12,164 bases of DNA from Prasinococcaceae sp. CCMP 1430 (Eukaryota; Plantae; Prasinodermophyta). Location: contig RQSC01001337.1 in assembly GCA_013416795.1 (NCBI GenBank), positions 83,768 to 95,931 of the forward strand, in the 5' to 3' direction. Position 1 is the stretch's first letter. Every line of letters starts with the position of its first letter. The notes beneath the pieces were generated by a model that worked only from the letters and a program-made list of their open reading frames with translations, had not been told where the DNA came from and searched no databases. This document shows, in pieces, positions 8,701 to 12,164 of the stretch. The translations under genes were made by a program, and so were the position numbers.

Positions 8701-8727
8701 GAATTGGTCAGAATTGGTCAGAATTGG
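8701..8727. repeat. 10-bp tandem repeat GAATTGGTCA x2.7 (CCAAT on - strand)
   Basis: GAATTGGTCA GAATTGGTCA GAATTGG seen directly. Confidence 0.85.
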
Positions 8728-8804
8728 ACGGGAACGCCGAGATGAAAACCGGGCCCGCGGTGCGCTGGGCCTCGTCGGGCTGCTGCTGCGCAGCCGGGCG
8801 TTGC

Positions 8805-8809
8805 TTACA
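8805..8809 (-). terminator. TGTAA polyadenylation signal of NNT
   Basis: TTACA on + (TGTAA on -), about 83 nt downstream of the NNT stop. Confidence 0.65.
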
Positions 8810-8891
8810 GAATGATCGAAATGCTGCTAGGAAAATCGCAATGGCGTCGCAAAAATGGGCCTACGTGGGTGGGAGCGCCGGGAGGGCTCCC

Positions 8892-11800
8892 TCAGTTGGG
8901 CAGGATGCACTGGTCGCCCAGGACGTCGAGCGTCTTGTTGCGCAGGTCGTCGATGGAGCACTTGGCGTCGCCCAGGAGCATGTTGGTGTTCTCGTTGAAG
9001 AAGAGCGGGTTCTCCACGTCGGCGTACCCGCCGGCCAGCGAGCGCTTGAGCACGATGACCTTCTTGGCGCGCCACACCTCCACCACCGGCATGCCCGCGA
9101 GCTCCGAGTCGGGGTCCTCCACGGCGCTGGGGTTGACGGTGTCGTTCGCGCCGATGACCAGCACGGCGTCGTACTTCTCGATGTCCGCGTTGACCTCGTC
9201 CATCTCGTACACCAGGTCGTAGGGCACGCCCGCCTCCGCGAGCAGCACGTTGAGCTGGCCGGGCATCCTGCCCGCCACGGGGTGGATGGCGACGCCCACC
9301 TCCTTGCCGTTGGCGCGGAGCAGGTTGAGGAGGTCCGCGAGCGAGTTCTGGCCCTTGGCCACCGCCAGGCCGTAGCCCGGCACCACGAGCACCCTGCTGG
9401 CCGACACCAGGTCGTTGGTGGCGGTGGCCACGTCGGCGACCACGCACTCGCCGCGCTCGATGTCGCACATCACGCTGGGCTGCTTGTCGCTCACGCCCTT
9501 GCTCAGGGTGCCCTTGACGCCGAGCAGCACGTTGACGACGCCGCGGTTCATCGCGTGGCACATGTGCAGGCTCAGCAGCGCGCCGGAGGCGCCGATGAGC
9601 GCGCCCACCACCGTGAGGAGCTGGTTGCTCAGCACGAAGCCCTCGGCGCACAGCGCCCACCCGCTGTACGAGTTGAGGACGGTGATGACGACGGGCGTGT
9701 CCGCGCCGCCGATGGCGGTGGTCATGTGGGCGCCCAGGAAGAGCGCGAGCGCCGAGGTGACGCCGAGCGCCTTGAGGCCCGCCTCGAGCCCCGCGGTGGC
9801 CGGCAGGAGCCACGTGAGCGTGTAGAGGCAGCCCGCGAAGGCGGCGAGGTTCACGAGGCCCTTGAAGGGCAGCGCGACGCTCTTCGAGGGGATGAGCCCC
9901 TGCAGCTTGCCGAAGGCGACCACCGAGCCCGTGAAGGTCACCGCGCCGATGAGCGTGCCGAGCCAGATGGCGATCTTGTGGCCGGCGTCCACGCCGACGG
10001 GGTGGGCGGCGAAGCTCGCGACGGAGGTGAGCGCCGCGGCGAGGCCCACCAGCGAGTGGAAGGCGGCCACCAGCTGCGGCAGGTCGGTGACCGCCGCGCG
10101 GTACGCCACCACGAGGCCGACGGCCGTGCCCGAGGCGAGGATCCAGCCCACCTGCTTGGCCAGCGCGGCGCTCATGGTGGGCGCCATCGACGCGAGGGTG
10201 GCCGCCAGGCCCAGCGCCACGCCGGCGGTGCCGAGCACGTTGCCGACGCGGGCGGTCTCCTGCGACGACAGCCCCCAGATGGCGCCGATGCAGCAGCACG
10301 CCGACGCCAGGCCCACCGCGGCGTGCATGGCGGCGCCCGCCGCGCCCGCCACGACGGCCTTGGCGTAGAAGGCGAGGGCGCCCAGCGTGGGGACGGCGTA
10401 CAGCCACTCGTAGCTCGGCGGGTCGTCCGGCCGGCGGAACATCTCGAGCATGCGCCCCGTCATGAGGAAGCCGCCCGCGATGTTCACCGTGGACATGGCG
10501 ACCGAGGCGGCGGCGGCGACGGCCACCGCGCCCGTGGGCACCACGCCGCCCGACATGAGCGTCAGGCCGCCCAGCGCCGTGGTGCCCGAGATGGCGTTGG
10601 TGACGCTCATGAGCGGCGAGTGCAGCGCGGGCGTCACCCCCATCACCACGAAGTAGCCGATGATGCACGCCAGCGAGAAGGTCGAGACCAGCGACACGGC
10701 GCCCATGTCGCCCGCGCTGGCGCCGAGCGCCACGGCGGCCGCGAGGCCCGCGCCGAGCAGCAGGGCGCCCTTGGCGTCGCCCAGCCACGCCGGCGGCGGC
10801 TTGGGCGCCTCCGGGGGCGGCTGGAGCTCGGCGCTGGAGCCCTTCTTCTTCTTCTTCTCCTCCTCGCCGTCGGCGCCCTCCTTCGCCTCGGCGGCGGGCG
10901 CGCGCGAGGGCGGCGGCGGCGGCGGCCACATCATGCGGCCCTCCTCCAGGATGAGGGCGCCGCGCACGGCCTCGTCCTCGTGGTCGAGGTAGAAGTTGCC
11001 CGTCTTGTCGTCGCCCATGGAGAGCAGGAAGGCGGCCACGTTGTTGGAGAAGAGCTGGCTGGCCTGCTGGGCGCAGCGCGAGGCGAGGTCGGTGTAGCCG
11101 AGCACCGACACGCCGTTGGCCGTCACCACCTTCTGGCCGGGGACGGTGGCGTCGCAGTTGCCGCCCGCCTCGGCGGCCATGTCCACGACGACGCTGCCGG
11201 GCTTCATGACGTCGACGGCCTCCTGCAGGATGAGCTTGGGCGCCGGGCGCCCCGGGATGAGCGCCGTGGTGATGATGATGTCGCACTCGGCCGCCTGCGC
11301 CTTGAAGAGCGCCATCTCCGCCTCGATGAACTCCTTGGACATGGTCTTGGCGTAGCCGCCGGCGCCCTCGCCCTCCTCCTCGATGGCCACCTCCAGGAAC
11401 TCGGCGCCCATGGACTCGACCTGCTCCCTGGCGGCCGAGCGCACGTCGAAGGCGCGCACGATGGCGCCCATGTTCTTGGCGGTCTGCACCGCCGCGAGGC
11501 CCGCCACGCCGGCGCCCACGACGAGCACCTTGGCGGGCGGCACGTTGCCCGCCATGGTGAACTGGCCGGAGAAGAAGCGGCCGAAGGCGTTGGCCGCCTC
11601 CACGACGGCGCGGAAGCCCGCCACGTTGGCCGTGCTCGAGAGCACGTCGAAGGCCTGCGCGCGGCTGATGGTGCGCGGCACGCAGTCGAGGCCCACCACG
11701 GTGGCGCCGCGCTTCTCGAGCTTCTGCACGAGCGCCTCGTTCTGCGCGGGCTGGATCATCGAGATGAGCGTGGGCGGCGGCGGGGCGTCTTCTTCTGAGC

Positions 11801-12059
11801 CGCCCTTCTTGAGGAGGGCCACCTCGGCGTCGGTGGGGGGGCGGATGTGCAGCACGACGTCGCCGCCCCAGCACTCGGGCCGCGTGCCGATGGTGGCGCC
11901 CGCCTCCTTGTACTCCTCGTCGGAGTAGTTGGACTGGGCGCCGGCGCCCGCCTGCACCACCACCTCGAAGCCCTTGGCGGTGAGCTTCTTCACGGACTCG
12001 GGCGTCGCCGCCACGCGCTTCTCGCCGTCGGCCGTCTCGGCGGGCACGCCCACGCGCAT
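8892..12059 (-). CDS. NNT: Proton-translocating NAD(P) transhydrogenase, single chain, dI-dII-dIII (alpha-beta) order; the frame stays open upstream to 12155
   Basis: dI: GVPAE...[36 protein letters not shown]. dII: [54 protein letters not shown]. dIII: [47 protein letters not shown] at 8894-8892; no introns needed. Confidence 0.97.
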   Translation of the reverse strand: MRVGVPAETADGEKRVAATPESVKKLTAKGFEVVVQAGAGAQSNYSDEEYKEAGATIGTRPECWGGDVVLHIRPPTDAEVALLKKGGSEEDAPPPPTLISMIQPAQNEALVQKLEKRGATVVGLDCVPRTISRAQAFDVLSSTANVAGFRAVVEAANAFGRFFSGQFTMAGNVPPAKVLVVGAGVAGLAAVQTAKNMGAIVRAFDVRSAAREQVESMGAEFLEVAIEEEGEGAGGYAKTMSKEFIEAEMALFKAQAAECDIIITTALIPGRPAPKLILQEAVDVMKPGSVVVDMAAEAGGNCDATVPGQKVVTANGVSVLGYTDLASRCAQQASQLFSNNVAAFLLSMGDDKTGNFYLDHEDEAVRGALILEEGRMMWPPPPPPSRAPAAEAKEGADGEEEKKKKKGSSAELQPPPEAPKPPPAWLGDAKGALLLGAGLAAAVALGASAGDMGAVSLVSTFSLACIIGYFVVMGVTPALHSPLMSVTNAISGTTALGGLTLMSGGVVPTGAVAVAAAASVAMSTVNIAGGFLMTGRMLEMFRRPDDPPSYEWLYAVPTLGALAFYAKAVVAGAAGAAMHAAVGLASACCCIGAIWGLSSQETARVGNVLGTAGVALGLAATLASMAPTMSAALAKQVGWILASGTAVGLVVAYRAAVTDLPQLVAAFHSLVGLAAALTSVASFAAHPVGVDAGHKIAIWLGTLIGAVTFTGSVVAFGKLQGLIPSKSVALPFKGLVNLAAFAGCLYTLTWLLPATAGLEAGLKALGVTSALALFLGAHMTTAIGGADTPVVITVLNSYSGWALCAEGFVLSNQLLTVVGALIGASGALLSLHMCHAMNRGVVNVLLGVKGTLSKGVSDKQPSVMCDIERGECVVADVATATNDLVSASRVLVVPGYGLAVAKGQNSLADLLNLLRANGKEVGVAIHPVAGRMPGQLNVLLAEAGVPYDLVYEMDEVNADIEKYDAVLVIGANDTVNPSAVEDPDSELAGMPVVEVWRAKKVIVLKRSLAGGYADVENPLFFNENTNMLLGDAKCSIDDLRNKTLDVLGDQCILPN

Positions 12060-12164
12060 GGACGTGCGCGGCCGGCCCGGGGCGTCGGCGACCTTGGACT
12101 CGGCGGTGGTGGTGGCGGCCGCGCGCGCCGCGAGGCGGCGCGGCCGAGACCATGCTCAAGGCAA

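Noticed and set aside
8701-8727. CRISPR-like or telomeric array
   Set aside because: Only 2.7 adjacent 10-mers, with no spacers and no telomere unit.
8631-11798. 1055-aa plus-strand ORF antisense to NNT, and the 1110-aa minus-strand ORF 8827..12159
   Set aside because: The plus ORF is in codon register with NNT and stays open because TTA/CTA/TCA codons are avoided. Both are motif-free shadows of GC3 bias; the equal length is coincidence.

Overview
Very GC-rich eukaryotic DNA, most consistent with a green alga (spliceosomal GT-AG intron with a GCTGAC branch point; TGTAA poly(A)-type signals after two genes). Single Ns at 1684 and 3741 split the window into three segments, so gene adjacency across them is unproven. 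From left to right it contains: the probable start of an unannotated gene running off the left edge (-), a lower-GC non-coding stretch, and an internal DNA polymerase delta fragment (-) that breaks off at a G-run. Next come a short peroxisomal acyl-CoA oxidase/dehydrogenase-like ORF ending in SRM (-), preceded out of frame by a UBA-like/polyproline coding piece, and a two-exon bubblegum-type acyl-CoA synthetase (+). Last are a convergent, divergent-sequence GT34-like glycosyltransferase (-) and an intronless single-chain NAD(P) transhydrogenase (-) with a transit-peptide-like leader. Several genes lose their frame at low-complexity tracts, which points to assembly errors or chimeras. No prokaryote-type system, CRISPR array or RNA gene was seen, and I cannot support a new biological system beyond the leads listed.
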